From an uncultured Gammaproteobacteria bacterium (lineage in GTDB: Bacteria > Pseudomonadota > Gammaproteobacteria > JAURND01), in contig CAVQQD010000003.1 in the NCBI GenBank assembly GCA_963714975.1, forward strand, positions 352,001 through 416,000: a stretch of DNA of 64,000 bases, read 5' to 3'. Both the position numbers and the translations under genes were made by a program. Every line of letters begins with the position of its first letter. The first letter of the stretch is position 1. A model generated the notes under the pieces. That model did not search any database. It was not told the DNA's origin and saw only the letters and a list, made by a program, of their open reading frames with translations. Below, in pieces: positions 30,237 through 41,700 of this stretch.

Positions 30237-31934
30237 TCAATCACGCCATCGCAATTTAAATCGTTTGCCAGAAAAGGCTAAACCGATTTGGAGTATCTTT
30301 GTTCTGCCGCGCTGCCTTGCTTCAGTCGCATAATTCTGTAATTCCATTTGTTCCAAAGCTTGTTGTGCAGTTTGTTCTAAGGCTTGATCTAAGTTAGGGG
30401 TATCTTTGGGTACCCGTTTGAGTTCAATTAAAATTGTCAATTTATTTTCATCATGCGAAAAAATCATATAGTCATAACGACCATAACCACTCTCTCTATT
30501 CGATTTAATTTCATAATTCTCATTGTGGTACAGGCTTGCTGTCGCACCAATCATAAAGCCATGATAAAAAACTTCAGAATCTTTGGAAGTATCGTGAACA
30601 CTAAAGGTTTGTTCAACCAAATGTTTTAAATCGTGCTCGAAGGCTGCTAAATCACCCGTAAGTAAGTGATTTAAGAAAGTATCAAACCATTTCGTGTCGT
30701 GGCCATCCGCTAACCATTCCCGAATGATGCGCCGATACAACCCACGTACTTCGCGGTTAGGAATATCTAATTGACACTGCAATTCTTCTTCAACCTGTTG
30801 CGAAGCCACCACTTTCAAATAACCCGCTGCGAACAATAAACTCCAAGTTCCTTTTTCGCTGTTTTTCAACGCAGCAAATGCCAAAGTTTCATCAAGCGCT
30901 TTTTCAATCGTCTTTCCTTGTAATAAATCCTCAAATTGAGCTCTAAAATTTTCACTCGATCCGAGTAATAGGATTTTAATCAGTTCATTATCACTAGTGT
31001 TGACCCAATAAGGCGCTAATTCCCCTTGTTCGCGAATGCAATTGACAATCGACCAAGGATTGTAGACGGTATAGGTTCCTGCCGTATAGCCGTTGTACCA
31101 ATCACGAATAGCAGGTGCTTGCTGTTGTAACCCTGCTTGCTGCAATAAATTTTCTACCTCGTCTTCGGTAAAACCAAAGTACTGCCCATATTGAGAATTC
31201 GTTAAAGTATAAACTTTTAAATTATTTAACCCTGAAAATAAACTTTCTTTGGCAACCCGCAAAATACCGGTAATCACAGCTCTTTCGAGATAGGGATTGG
31301 TTTTTAACGCAGGGCCAAAGATTCCCCGCATCAGATTAAGCATTGGATCGTAGTAGTTATGCACATACGCCGCTTGAATCGGAGTATCGTACTCATCGAT
31401 CAGTAACCAAGGTTTGACCTGATAATGCTGATACAGGTAATAGCATAAATCAACCAATGCCGAACGAACCGCTGATTCATCAGCACGTTTTTCCAGTACT
31501 GCAAGAAAGTTTTCCTTATCGCTTGGGGTTAATTGTGGACTATTGGTTAGCTCATGTTGGTATTCTCGATAAAGCTGTGACATGAGGGTCTTCATCAGAT
31601 CATAAGCGGCTTCAAAATGATTGTTTTTCACCTCTTTAAAGGTGACAAAGATTACAGGGTAGCGGCCTTGATGCTGCATGTACTTATCACCCAAAGCAGC
31701 AATTTTCGTACCATCAAATAAACCTTGGGTGGATTGACCTTGGGCTTTAGCCGCCAAAAAGTAATGTAGCATGGATAAATTTAGGGTCTTACCAAAACGG
31801 CGGGGGCGGGTGATTACGGCGACTTCAGTGGCTTTATCATCGAGGATTTCTTGAATAAATAAACTTTTATCAACCCAATCGAGTTGTTTATCTCTAATTT
31901 TTTTAAAATCATCGTAACCTAAAGGTAGTTGCAT
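30237..31934 (-). CDS. AAA-ATPase-like protein with a C-terminal PD-(D/E)XK nuclease domain (DUF1703 type)
   Basis: LPLGYDDF, RPRRFGKTLNLSML, LIDEYDTP, SNRESGYGRYD..IELK. Confidence 0.9.
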   Translation of the reverse strand: MQLPLGYDDFKKIRDKQLDWVDKSLFIQEILDDKATEVAVITRPRRFGKTLNLSMLHYFLAAKAQGQSTQGLFDGTKIAALGDKYMQHQGRYPVIFVTFKEVKNNHFEAAYDLMKTLMSQLYREYQHELTNSPQLTPSDKENFLAVLEKRADESAVRSALVDLCYYLYQHYQVKPWLLIDEYDTPIQAAYVHNYYDPMLNLMRGIFGPALKTNPYLERAVITGILRVAKESLFSGLNNLKVYTLTNSQYGQYFGFTEDEVENLLQQAGLQQQAPAIRDWYNGYTAGTYTVYNPWSIVNCIREQGELAPYWVNTSDNELIKILLLGSSENFRAQFEDLLQGKTIEKALDETLAFAALKNSEKGTWSLLFAAGYLKVVASQQVEEELQCQLDIPNREVRGLYRRIIREWLADGHDTKWFDTFLNHLLTGDLAAFEHDLKHLVEQTFSVHDTSKDSEVFYHGFMIGATASLYHNENYEIKSNRESGYGRYDYMIFSHDENKLTILIELKRVPKDTPNLDQALEQTAQQALEQMELQNYATEARQRGRTKILQIGLAFSGKRFKLRWRD

Positions 31935-32145
31935 AAAAAACCTTGGGACGTGAAAAGGTTGCATCCTGCGCCATGGATCCCCGCATCCATGTTGGGACGA
32001 AGAGGCTCGCCGGGACGAGCCTAGATTCTAGCCCAAAGCTGTTAGCGTTGTCATCATTGCTGTGGGGATGTCAAATCTATGGTATCTAGAAAAACTTCGT
32101 GTATACTGTGCCGCTAAAGGCTCGACAAAGGGATTCTGCGGAACC

Positions 32146-33237
32146 ATGAAGAAAGTGTTGATTCTAGCTATGCTGCTGCTTTGGCCAGCACAGTTTTTAT
32201 TGGCTCAAGAGCCCACGCCAGAGAGTAGCAATGCGCCTAGTGGTTTCCAGCAGCAATTGCAGAGCATTCAGCGGTCAATGGACCGCCCCAGTACCTCGGA
32301 TCAGCCAACTTCAACCCCAACTCCAAGCGCTAGCGCTAATCCCCCTCCTGCTTCCAATGTACAGATACCGATTGTACCGAGTCCGGGAGATTTAAATCCG
32401 ACTCCCCCTCCTGCTGCTCCTGCAGCAGCAAGTGCAATGGCGGCTGCTCCCGCGCAACCCGCTCCAGCTGATTTACGTGACGAGGCATTTTTAAAAGTCA
32501 CCAATACTTTATTACCTCTTTCTCCAGCACAGATTCAGATGCTAAGAAATGTCTATGATGCCACTCAACGGGCGGCTGCAGTTTTCCCTGGGGTTCCGCC
32601 GCGCCCGACCTCAACCTCGCTGTTAGTTGACTTATCCCCTGGATCCGTTCCCCCAGTGATTCGTTTAGGCTCAGGTTTTGTCACTTCTATCGTATTTGTG
32701 GATTCAACCGGAGCGCCTTGGCCAATTGATTCCTATAGTCTGGGGAACCCAGCGGCTTTTAACATTGTTTGGGATAAAAAAGGCAATATTTTGCTAGCTC
32801 AAGCAATCACCACACATCGCGTTGGTAACCTAGCCGTGATCCTAAAAGGACTGAATACCCCAGTGATGATTAACTTAAATCCAGGTCAGGCAGCCATGGA
32901 TGTTCGGGTTGAGTTGAGAATTCCAGGCCTTGGCCCCGAGGCAAAAAATACGGTTTTTTCTGGGTTGCCAGGAGAGCAAAGTCCATTTTTGCTCGATTTA
33001 TTGGCTGGAATTCCTCCGGCGGGTTCCAGAGTATTAAAAGCATCTGCCTGTGATGGTTGCGCCTGGTTACACCAGGGTAAGTTATACTTGCGTACTCCTT
33101 ACACGGTGATTTCGCCGGCCTGGATTTCGACACTCTCCAGCGCTGATGGTACTCACGTGTATGAGCTGCAACCCACTCCTTTAGTACTTGTTACGTATAA
33201 TGGTAAGACCATCAAGCTTAAAATTGAGGGATTTTAA
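32146..33237 (+). CDS. icmK: Dot/Icm core protein IcmK/DotH
   Basis: Signal peptide; PLSPAQI, VDLSPGSVPPVIRL, DSTGAPWPI, DGTHVYE. Confidence 0.93.
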   Translation: MKKVLILAMLLLWPAQFLLAQEPTPESSNAPSGFQQQLQSIQRSMDRPSTSDQPTSTPTPSASANPPPASNVQIPIVPSPGDLNPTPPPAAPAAASAMAAAPAQPAPADLRDEAFLKVTNTLLPLSPAQIQMLRNVYDATQRAAAVFPGVPPRPTSTSLLVDLSPGSVPPVIRLGSGFVTSIVFVDSTGAPWPIDSYSLGNPAAFNIVWDKKGNILLAQAITTHRVGNLAVILKGLNTPVMINLNPGQAAMDVRVELRIPGLGPEAKNTVFSGLPGEQSPFLLDLLAGIPPAGSRVLKASACDGCAWLHQGKLYLRTPYTVISPAWISTLSSADGTHVYELQPTPLVLVTYNGKTIKLKIEGF

Positions 33238-33240
33238 AGC

Positions 33241-35916
33241 ATGGCAAAACTTAGCCAGGGAAATAAAACTCGTGTCCTGCTCGTGTTGATCGCTGTTATT
33301 GTGATCATTATCGGCATTGCTGTGGTTATCTGGGCATTAAAAAAACGCAGCGAAAAATTGGAGCATGTACAGGCTTCGGTCCAAGGAGTTCCCTCAATTC
33401 TTTCCTTACCTGGAGTTGGAACAAGTACTAAGCAACATGCGCAACTAATTCAGCAAGAAAATATCGCTAAGGCTAAGAAGGCCGAAGCAGAGCGTGCCTC
33501 TTTTGTGCCCACGATTACTAGAAGAGGCTATGTCGGTCAAGCGGTTAATGTGCCTCCCATGGGGATGCAAATTCAAGGGCCGACAGCCACTGGCTGCGAT
33601 CCTGCGGAATTGGATCGCGCCCGCCGAGCCGGGGTGAAAGTAGATGAATTGCGTTGCAAAGGTTGCACCAGCGAACAGTTGCACGCAGCAGGCTTTACTG
33701 CTGGAGAATTGATGGCGGCAGGTTTAAGTGCTACTGACTTACGCGCAGGAGGCTATACAGCAGCTGAGTTACGACAAGCAGGTTTTGATGCTACTGAGTT
33801 GGCTCAGGCCGGCTATGCTGCCAGCGAGTTAAAACAAGCTGGGTTCAATGTCACCCAATTAAAAGCCACTAAGGCCTTTGATGCCAAAATATTAAAAGAG
33901 GTTGGATATAAACCTAGTGAACTCAAAGAGGCAGGATTTTCTGCGGCTCAGCTTCGGGCAGCAGGAGATTCTGCTGCTGATCTTAAGGCCGGTGGTTATG
34001 CGGCAGCAGAAGCACGAAAGGCTGATTTTGTTGCACTCGAGTTAATCAAAGCAGGTTATTCTCCCCAGGAACTTGTGGAAGCTGGTTTTACTGACAGTGA
34101 ATTATCTGCAGCCAATATTTCTCCACAAAATATCAAAGCAGCTCGATCGGCAGCTGGGCCGCTTGATAAACTGCCTAAAGACTGTAACGCGAAGGCGCTG
34201 GCGGATGCGCGAAGCAAAGGGTTTACCGCACAAGCGATTAGGCAGAAGCTGAATTGCCCGCCTAGTGCACTGATGGAGGCTGGTTTTAGTGCTGAGGATT
34301 TGCGAGTGGCTCAATATACCCCCAAAGAACTAAAAACGGCGGGTTTTTCACCTGCGGAATTAAAGGCTGGGAGTTTTGATTTGATGCAGATTAAGGCAGC
34401 TGGTTTTACGCTTGGGGAGCTTAAGTCTGCAGGATTTACTGTGGGTGAGCTGGCCCGAGCTGGCTTTACTGCAAGTGAATTGGCAAAAGCGGGCTTTAAA
34501 GCTGATGATTTGCGAGCGGCAGGGCTGACAGCCAATGATTTAAAAGCAGCTGGGCTTAGTTTGGCTGATTTGAAAGCAGCAGGATACAGTACCGGGGAGC
34601 TGATTCGAGCGGGTTTTGCCCCTGAGGGGGTTGCCGCACCGCCAGGAATTAGTCCAATTACCGCGGTTCCTGCGCTTCCTGCAGGGGCGCCAGTTGCACC
34701 GCCTAGTGCTGCAACTCGGGTGAATGAATTAATCCAAGCCGGTTATACGCCAAGTGAATTAGAGAAAGCGGGTTTTCTCACGCCGCCAGCCACCCTACCA
34801 TCTCAGCCAGCAGTGACCACCCCTACTTCTGCCCCTACTTCTGCTGCACCCAGTGCTGTCACCTCAGCCGCCAAGGAAGCAGCGCAGAGAGTCTCAGCAA
34901 TCTCAGGAACAGCGCCGGCTGCTATAGCAAAAGTGACCACCCCCTCGGCTTCTGCCATCAGTGCCGCTGTAACGCCACCGTTGCCGACGCAAGAAGCAGA
35001 TGCTGAAAAACTGTTGGAAAAGCTGCAGGAAAATCAGTCCAAAGGAATGAATCCTCAACAACGAGGTGATCTGCAAAATAAAATAATATCCAGTATGACG
35101 GCACAAGCGAATCAATTGATTGCTTCTTGGAATCCACCCCCCACTCAGGTATTTGTCCCGGGTCAAGCTGGCGTGATAGGAGGCATACCTCAAGGTTCTG
35201 CTATCGTGGAACAAGCTGGAGGATCTACTGCTGTTGCAGGTGGCGCAGCACCTGCAGGTGCATTACCAGGGACGGGTGCCGCTGGCGCCATCACGGCAAT
35301 AAAGGCCGGTGATATTATGTTTGGAGTCTTGGATACGGGGATCAATAGCGATGAACAAAGTCCTATTTTAGCTACTATCGTTCAAGGTTCGTTAAAAGGT
35401 GGCAGGCTTTTAGGACAATTTTCTCGAGCGGGTGAAAAAGTAGTACTCACATTTACCACGATGAGTTTGCCTGGTTTACCGCGTAGTATTAGCGTCAATG
35501 CCGTGGCGATTGATCCAGATACCGCACGGACCGCCATTGCCAGTGAGGTGGATAACCACTATCTGCTCCGCTATGGGACCTTATTTGCTTCTTCCTTTGT
35601 TTCTGGGTTGGCCCAAGCTGTTGCTCAATCAGGCTCTACGATTGTGACCGAACCTTTTGGCCAAGCTATTATTCAAAATCCTACCACTTCTGCTCTGGAG
35701 AAGGGTTTGATTGCATTAGGCAATGTAGGTACACAATACGCAGGTGTACTAAAACAAAATTTCAATAGGGCTCCTACGATTACCGTAGATTCAGGTGCAG
35801 GGATTGGAATTTTATTTATGGCTGATTTAAGTCTACCCAATCCTCCTCCTGCTGCAGGGGTGGCAGCAGGAGGTGAAATAGCTGTTGTGCCTGTACCTGC
35901 AGTACCTGCGGGATGA
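33241..35916 (+). CDS. icmE: Dot/Icm core protein IcmE/DotG (VirB10-like C-terminus, ELKAAGF repeats)
   Basis: 10-aa ELxxAGF repeats; KAGDIMFGVLDTGINSDE, AIDPDTARTA, VDNHYLLRYG. Confidence 0.93.
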   Translation: MAKLSQGNKTRVLLVLIAVIVIIIGIAVVIWALKKRSEKLEHVQASVQGVPSILSLPGVGTSTKQHAQLIQQENIAKAKKAEAERASFVPTITRRGYVGQAVNVPPMGMQIQGPTATGCDPAELDRARRAGVKVDELRCKGCTSEQLHAAGFTAGELMAAGLSATDLRAGGYTAAELRQAGFDATELAQAGYAASELKQAGFNVTQLKATKAFDAKILKEVGYKPSELKEAGFSAAQLRAAGDSAADLKAGGYAAAEARKADFVALELIKAGYSPQELVEAGFTDSELSAANISPQNIKAARSAAGPLDKLPKDCNAKALADARSKGFTAQAIRQKLNCPPSALMEAGFSAEDLRVAQYTPKELKTAGFSPAELKAGSFDLMQIKAAGFTLGELKSAGFTVGELARAGFTASELAKAGFKADDLRAAGLTANDLKAAGLSLADLKAAGYSTGELIRAGFAPEGVAAPPGISPITAVPALPAGAPVAPPSAATRVNELIQAGYTPSELEKAGFLTPPATLPSQPAVTTPTSAPTSAAPSAVTSAAKEAAQRVSAISGTAPAAIAKVTTPSASAISAAVTPPLPTQEADAEKLLEKLQENQSKGMNPQQRGDLQNKIISSMTAQANQLIASWNPPPTQVFVPGQAGVIGGIPQGSAIVEQAGGSTAVAGGAAPAGALPGTGAAGAITAIKAGDIMFGVLDTGINSDEQSPILATIVQGSLKGGRLLGQFSRAGEKVVLTFTTMSLPGLPRSISVNAVAIDPDTARTAIASEVDNHYLLRYGTLFASSFVSGLAQAVAQSGSTIVTEPFGQAIIQNPTTSALEKGLIALGNVGTQYAGVLKQNFNRAPTITVDSGAGIGILFMADLSLPNPPPAAGVAAGGEIAVVPVPAVPAG

Positions 35917-35932
35917 TAAAAAATTTGGGGTT

Positions 35933-35965
35933 ATTAATACTCTCTTAAGGAATACAGTGTAATAT
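35933..35965 (+). promoter_or_regulatory. PmrA-type box plus -10 element upstream of icmG
   Basis: ATTAATACT-CT-CTTAAGGAA-N7-TAATAT. Confidence 0.65.
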
Positions 35966-35978
35966 AAGGGTCAATGAA

Positions 35979-36716
35979 ATGAATACGAAAAAGTCTCCTG
36001 AAAAACCTAGTGAGGAATATCATTACCCAGAAGAGCAGTTTGGGGAAGAGGTAACTCCACCGGAGCCGCCTGAAAAAGAAACGAAACCTAAGTTTAGGAA
36101 GATTTCTCGTAAGAAAATATTTTTTGTAGTTATCGTTATTATCATTATAGGAGTTATCTACCAGTTTTTGGGGCAGCGGGAAAAGACGGTTTTAGAGAGT
36201 GCTAAACGTGAGTTAGCTCAAGTAGAAGCCCCCGTGAGTCCAAAGCAACCAGCAAAATCTGCGTCGGTTGCTAAAACAGAAAAAACCGAGGTGACTCGGC
36301 CGGCGGCTTTATCAGCTGAGCAAACTCGGCAGTTAGCTCAGATAGCCAAGCAAGAAGCGACGATTAAAGAACTACAAGGGGCAGTAAAGCAAGCTAACCA
36401 GTCGATCAATGACTTAAATACTGCTTTATTGAGCTTAGCAAATTCAGTAGAAGCCTTAGCAAACCAAGTGGTTGAGCTGAGAAATGTTGAACGAGTACAG
36501 GGGGTTGCTGCTACCAATGCACCACCACCCATGTTCCACCTGAAGGCAGTTATTTCTGGGCGGGCTTGGATAGAATCAGGAAAAGGTAGACTGATTACAG
36601 TTAAAGTAGGAGATAACCTACCGGGTTATGGTGAAGTGACTGGTATCAATCCAGGGGATGGATTAGTAAACACGAGTTCTGGAGCAGTCATTACTTATGG
36701 CCTGCATGATAGTTGA
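35979..36716 (+). CDS. icmG: Dot/Icm protein IcmG/DotF
   Basis: One TM helix plus coiled coil; AVISGRAWI..TVKVG..LPGYG C-terminal domain. Confidence 0.88.
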   Translation: MNTKKSPEKPSEEYHYPEEQFGEEVTPPEPPEKETKPKFRKISRKKIFFVVIVIIIIGVIYQFLGQREKTVLESAKRELAQVEAPVSPKQPAKSASVAKTEKTEVTRPAALSAEQTRQLAQIAKQEATIKELQGAVKQANQSINDLNTALLSLANSVEALANQVVELRNVERVQGVAATNAPPPMFHLKAVISGRAWIESGKGRLITVKVGDNLPGYGEVTGINPGDGLVNTSSGAVITYGLHDS

Positions 36717-36743
36717 GATCGATATGAGTAAGTGGGAATTACC

Positions 36744-37604
36744 ATGCGCAAAATAATAGTCAGTTTAATGTTGTTCTTTTCTTTACTTTTAGTGGCTGGC
36801 GTCTCTTTGGCAAATGATGCTTCTACTCCTGTTCGTACACCGATGACTCTAGAAGAAGCGAGACATTTTTTAAATGCAGGTGCTTTGGATCAAAAAAGCC
36901 TGTGGTTGAAGAGTCGTCGTTCGGAGTGGGAATTGCTGGAAATTACCATGAGAGGCGATTTTGATACCATTGATTGGAATGCAATTTTTAAAGATGTGTA
37001 TGGCTATGACCCTAGAAATCCTCCGAAGGGGCCAACTAAACCAGGTACTGGGGATGGTAATGATAGCGGGATTCCAGGTTTTCTGGATGTGACTTACATC
37101 CTGGAAAATTTGCAAAAGCAAATACCGGCACTGACCCGTTTAGTGGTTGCTATTAGTTATGTTTGTGGCCTAGTATTCATAATATTAGCGGTAGGCCGTT
37201 TAAAAGCGTATGGTCATCAAACTGTTGCTTCGGCTTACCATACCTCGATGGGACCTTCGCTGGCTTATGGATTGGCTGGGGCCGCATTGATGTACTTCCC
37301 GAGTATGATGAATGTGGGTACAGCAACGCTTTTGGGACCGGTAGGGGGAGACTCGTTATTAGGTTATTCGCCTTTAAATGGGTTGCCTTATGCGCAGTTA
37401 TTTGTCACCGTGATTATGATTGTGAGATTAGTCGGGTTTATTGCTTTTCTCCGCGGCTGGCTAATGTTATCCAAGGTGGGTAGTTCACATGGCCAGCAGG
37501 GCCAGTTGACCAAGGGAATTGTTCACCTCATAGGAGGTATTTTGGCGGTGAATATTATCACTACATGGGAAATTCTGAGGGCTACATTAGGTTATGTTTG
37601 GTAG
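36744..37604 (+). CDS. icmC: IcmC/DotE-family membrane protein with an N-terminal extension
   Basis: RLVVAISYVCG, LKAYG, RLVGFIAFLRGW, HLIGGILAVNI; synteny. Confidence 0.85.
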   Translation: MRKIIVSLMLFFSLLLVAGVSLANDASTPVRTPMTLEEARHFLNAGALDQKSLWLKSRRSEWELLEITMRGDFDTIDWNAIFKDVYGYDPRNPPKGPTKPGTGDGNDSGIPGFLDVTYILENLQKQIPALTRLVVAISYVCGLVFIILAVGRLKAYGHQTVASAYHTSMGPSLAYGLAGAALMYFPSMMNVGTATLLGPVGGDSLLGYSPLNGLPYAQLFVTVIMIVRLVGFIAFLRGWLMLSKVGSSHGQQGQLTKGIVHLIGGILAVNIITTWEILRATLGYVW

Positions 37605-37669
37605 GAAGATTGTAGTGATAGAATTGGTCGCAGGAAGCGATGGTATTTGTATTAGTTGATTTTTAAGAG

Positions 37670-38104
37670 GTGAATATGCGTAATTTAATCAGACACAATA
37701 AATTTTTATTGTTTATTGGGTTGGCATTTTTAAGCATGCTAAGTGGAGTTGCTTTGGCTGCTCCTGACATTGATTCCAGTTATACTTTGGGAAGTGTGGC
37801 GAACCAGGTGACTGGTTCGTTTAGAGAGCTTGGTATGTTAATGATTGCCGGGTGTTATATTGGTGGTTTTGGATTGGTTTGTGCTTCGATGTTTAAGTTT
37901 AAGGCGCACAAAGATAATCCAACTCAGGTGCCTTTGGGAACTCCGGTGGCATTGTTCTCCATTGGTGTGTTACTGGCCTTCTTGCCAGCAATATTATCGC
38001 CTGCCGGTGTCACAATATTTGGTGACAAAACTGTTGCTGGTGGTTTCAGAGGAGAAGGTGTGTCTGCCATGTATGATGATGGTGCTCCTGATCCTGATGT
38101 TTAA
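37670..38104 (+). CDS. icmD: IcmD/DotP
   Basis: KFKAHKDNPTQVPLGTP signature. Confidence 0.92.
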   Translation: MNMRNLIRHNKFLLFIGLAFLSMLSGVALAAPDIDSSYTLGSVANQVTGSFRELGMLMIAGCYIGGFGLVCASMFKFKAHKDNPTQVPLGTPVALFSIGVLLAFLPAILSPAGVTIFGDKTVAGGFRGEGVSAMYDDGAPDPDV

Positions 38105-38115
38105 GGAATAATACA

Positions 38116-38724
38116 TTGCATGAATTGCCATTAACGGTAATTCCTGGGGCCTGGCGCTTGTTTTTGGCCAGAAAGGCTGATAAAGGATTTGAAAAATTTA
38201 GTCGGCAAGTGTGGGAACGGGATGATTACACTTGCCGATTTTGTGGATTCCAAGCTAGGCAATTCCAGGAAATAATTAATTTAGATTGTAACTATCACAA
38301 TAACAAGCTGTCCAATTTAGCGACGGCTTGTTGTTTTTGTGCCCAATGTTTTTTCTTAGAAGCAGTGGGTAAAGGAGAATATGGCGGAGGTACGTTAATT
38401 TACCTGCCAGAAATTAGCCAACCCAATCTTAACGGATTATGTCACGTCTTATTTTGTGCGATTGCTAATGCCAGTGAATATCGGGTTGATGCACAAAATA
38501 TTTATCGAAGCCTAAAACTTCGTTCCAAACTGGTAGAAGAAAAATTAGGTGAAGCGATGGGCGATCCTTCCATAGTAGGCCAAATGCTCAATAATGTCTT
38601 ACAAGATCCCAAAGCCTCTTTACCTTCTTGGTTAAATTTCTTACGCTTATTGCCAGCGCGAGCTCGATTTACCCAACAAATCGAAGCCTGGGCGGCAGCA
38701 GCCTTAAATGAATTAGCAACGTAA
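38116..38724 (+). CDS. icmJ: IcmJ/DotN
   Basis: RDDYTCRFCGFQA, TACCFCAQCFF, GGGTLIYLPEISQ. Confidence 0.93.
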   Translation: MHELPLTVIPGAWRLFLARKADKGFEKFSRQVWERDDYTCRFCGFQARQFQEIINLDCNYHNNKLSNLATACCFCAQCFFLEAVGKGEYGGGTLIYLPEISQPNLNGLCHVLFCAIANASEYRVDAQNIYRSLKLRSKLVEEKLGEAMGDPSIVGQMLNNVLQDPKASLPSWLNFLRLLPARARFTQQIEAWAAAALNELAT

Positions 38725-38732
38725 GGAAAAGC

Positions 38733-41700
38733 ATGGCAAATTTCATTAATTCTTTTCTTGATAGCATTGATGTATTTTTAGCGTGGTTATCGACTTCTTT
38801 AAAACAAACCGTCCAATCGTATTGTGATATTCAAACTGCAGATAGTCCTACTTCCTTAGTATCACACGACGGTTCTTTAGTTTCAGTGATCAAAGTACGG
38901 GGAGTAAGAGCGCTAATCGGCAAAGAAGAATTTGATAAAATTCAAACGGGTTTGGGTCATAGTTTGCAAACGACCATGTCTAGGCCGGGACATGCGATCC
39001 AAATTTATTTTAACTACAATAAAGACGATATTGCCGAGCAAATTGGTGAAATTTTTCAACCGGCAAAAGAAACGGCGCATCGTCTTGAATGCCAAGTAGA
39101 AGATTTATTTAATGAACGTATTGCGCATCTATCCCGCTATTGTGCGGATGAATCGGTTTATCTGGTATTGTGGACACGTCCTGCTTCTTTAACCTCGGAA
39201 CAACTCAGACGGGCTAAAAAAGACAAAACTAAAACGATTAAAGATAAAAAAATCCCGCCGTTTCGCTATACCCAAAATGTGGTTGCTGCATTGGCTGATT
39301 TACGTGAGTCGCATGATTCTTTTGTTCGAGCGCTGATGAGTGACTTGGGCATGTTGGAAATTGCGGCTGATTTGCTGGAAGTGCATGAAGCTATTTATGC
39401 GATGCGCAAGACGGTAGATCCTACTTTTACCGACCGAAATTGGCGTCCGTTATTACCGGGTGACAAAATTACGATTAAAGATTCTCAGCAAGTTCGTGGT
39501 GAAGTCTCGGATATTTTATGGCCCTCTCTGGCACGCCAATTATTGCCGCGGGAAGCAGAAAATATGGATTTGCGTACCGTGCGGATAGGTGATCGGATTT
39601 ATTCTGCGGTTTATGTTGATTTGTTTCCTAAAGAAGTATTGCCCTTTGCTACGTTATTTGCCCGCACGGTACAAACGCAAATTCCCTGGCGTATTTCCTT
39701 TTTAATCGAAGGTGGGGGCTTGAGTTCCTTGCGACTGAAATCCGCTTTGTCGACGATTTTAGCGTTTAGCTCGGCACAAAATAGATTGCTCAATGATGCC
39801 GTGAGTTTGTTAAGATACATTAATATCAATACCGATGATGCGGTAGTCAAATTACGCGTGGCCGCAGCGACTTGGGCCCCGGAAAATAACCTGCGGTTAC
39901 TGCGTAATCGCACCGCGCAGCTTGCCAAGGCGATTGAAGGCTGGGGTTCCTGCGATGTTTCGGAGATCTGCGGTGATGCATTTGCTGGCGTGGTTTCCAG
40001 CATGTTGGGGGTCAGTGCTGAAAGTGTCGCTACGGCCTCGGTCGCGCCGTTAACGGATATATTGCACATGGCTCCTTTATTCCGCCCTTCTTCTCCCTGG
40101 CCGGAGGGAGCGATTTTATTTCGATCTCCTGATGGGAAACCCTGGCCGTATCAACCGGGGTCAAGCGAACAAACGACCTGGATTGACCTGATTTATGCTC
40201 GACCGGGTTCGGGTAAATCTGTTTTGTCCAACGCGATCAATTTGGCTTTAGTGCTAAGCCCTGGAATTCAAAGATTACCGCGGATCGGTATTATTGATAT
40301 CGGCCCTTCCAGCAGTGGTTTGATCTCTTTGGTAAAAGAATCATTACCGCCCAGCAAGCGGCACTTGGTGGCTTATTATCGTTTGCGGATGACACCCGAT
40401 TACAGTATTAATCCCTTTGATACCCAATTAGGGTGCCGTTACCCCACGCCCTTAGATCGGAATTTTTTAGTTAATTTCCTTACTTTGCTAGGCACGCCGA
40501 TTGGGTCTACCAAGCCCTATGATGGTGTTTCCGATATGGCTGGTTTGATTGTGGATGAGATGTATAAAGTATTGGCAGATGATGGCAACCCCCACGTTTA
40601 CACCAAGGGAGTTGAAGAAGTTGTCGATGGTATTTTGGAGGAAATAGGCTTTGTGCAAGACCCACATACCACCTGGTGGGAGGTGACGGATGCACTTTTT
40701 GTCGCTGGATTTATCCATGAGGCAACAATTGCTCAACGTCATGCGGTACCGATTTTAGCGGATGTGACCTCGATTTGCCGTTCTCCCGGGGTTGAAGACT
40801 TGTATGGAAAAATTATTGCGCCGACTGGAGAGCATTTAATTGCGGCTTTTTCGCGAATGATTTCAAGTGCCATTCGTGAATACCCCATTATTGCTGAGGC
40901 CACGAAGTTTGATATTGGCGATACCAAAATTGTCTCATTGGACTTAGATGAGGTGGCCAAAAGCGGAGGAGATGCAGCTAACCGGCAAACTTCCGTGATG
41001 TATATGTTGGCACGTTTTGTGATGGCACGTCATTATTTCTTAACTGAAGCGGATATCAAAGATATGCCGGAGACCTATCACAGCTATCATGAAGCCCGGA
41101 TTATGGAAATTCGGGAAGATCCTAAGCGTATTGTGATGGATGAATTTCACCGCACCGCCGGGGTTGAAGCAGTTCGAGCACAAGTGATTCAAGATATGCG
41201 CGAAGGACGAAAATGGAAAGTGCAGGTTGCCTTGATTTCGCAATCCCTAGACGATTTTGATCCAGTGATGGTAGAGTTTGCAACTTCGGTATTTATTATG
41301 GATGCCGGCCCGGAGCAGGCGGTACAAAAAACCACCCGGATTTTTGGGTTGTCGAGTACCGGGCAGCAAGCCTTACGGACGCGCGTGCATGGTCCGAAAG
41401 AAGGCGGTGCTACTTTTTTAGCCCAATTTGCGACTAAAAATGGTATGAATACCCAATTGTTGACCTTGACCCTCGGGCCGGTAGAGTTGTGGTCATTTAG
41501 TACTACATTAGAAGACACCCAAGTTCGTAATAAACTCTACCAAAAGCTTGGTCCTGTTGAGGCTCGTCGTGTTTTAGCAGTATTATTTCCTGCGGGTTCA
41601 GTAGTCAAAATTATTGAAGAGCGTCTATTAACTGTGAAGGAAAAGTTTGGTTTGATTGGCGAAGAAAGTAAATTAGGCGTGATTGACGAATTAGTACAAC

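Noticed and set aside
33680-34780. 30-bp periodic repeats as a VNTR or novel repeat protein
   Set aside because: They encode the known ELxxAGF repeats of IcmE/DotG
36928-36938. GGGAATTGCTG (MITE TIR / IS110 target word) inside icmC
   Set aside because: It is in-frame coding sequence with no partner IR or duplication; at most a potential off-target site
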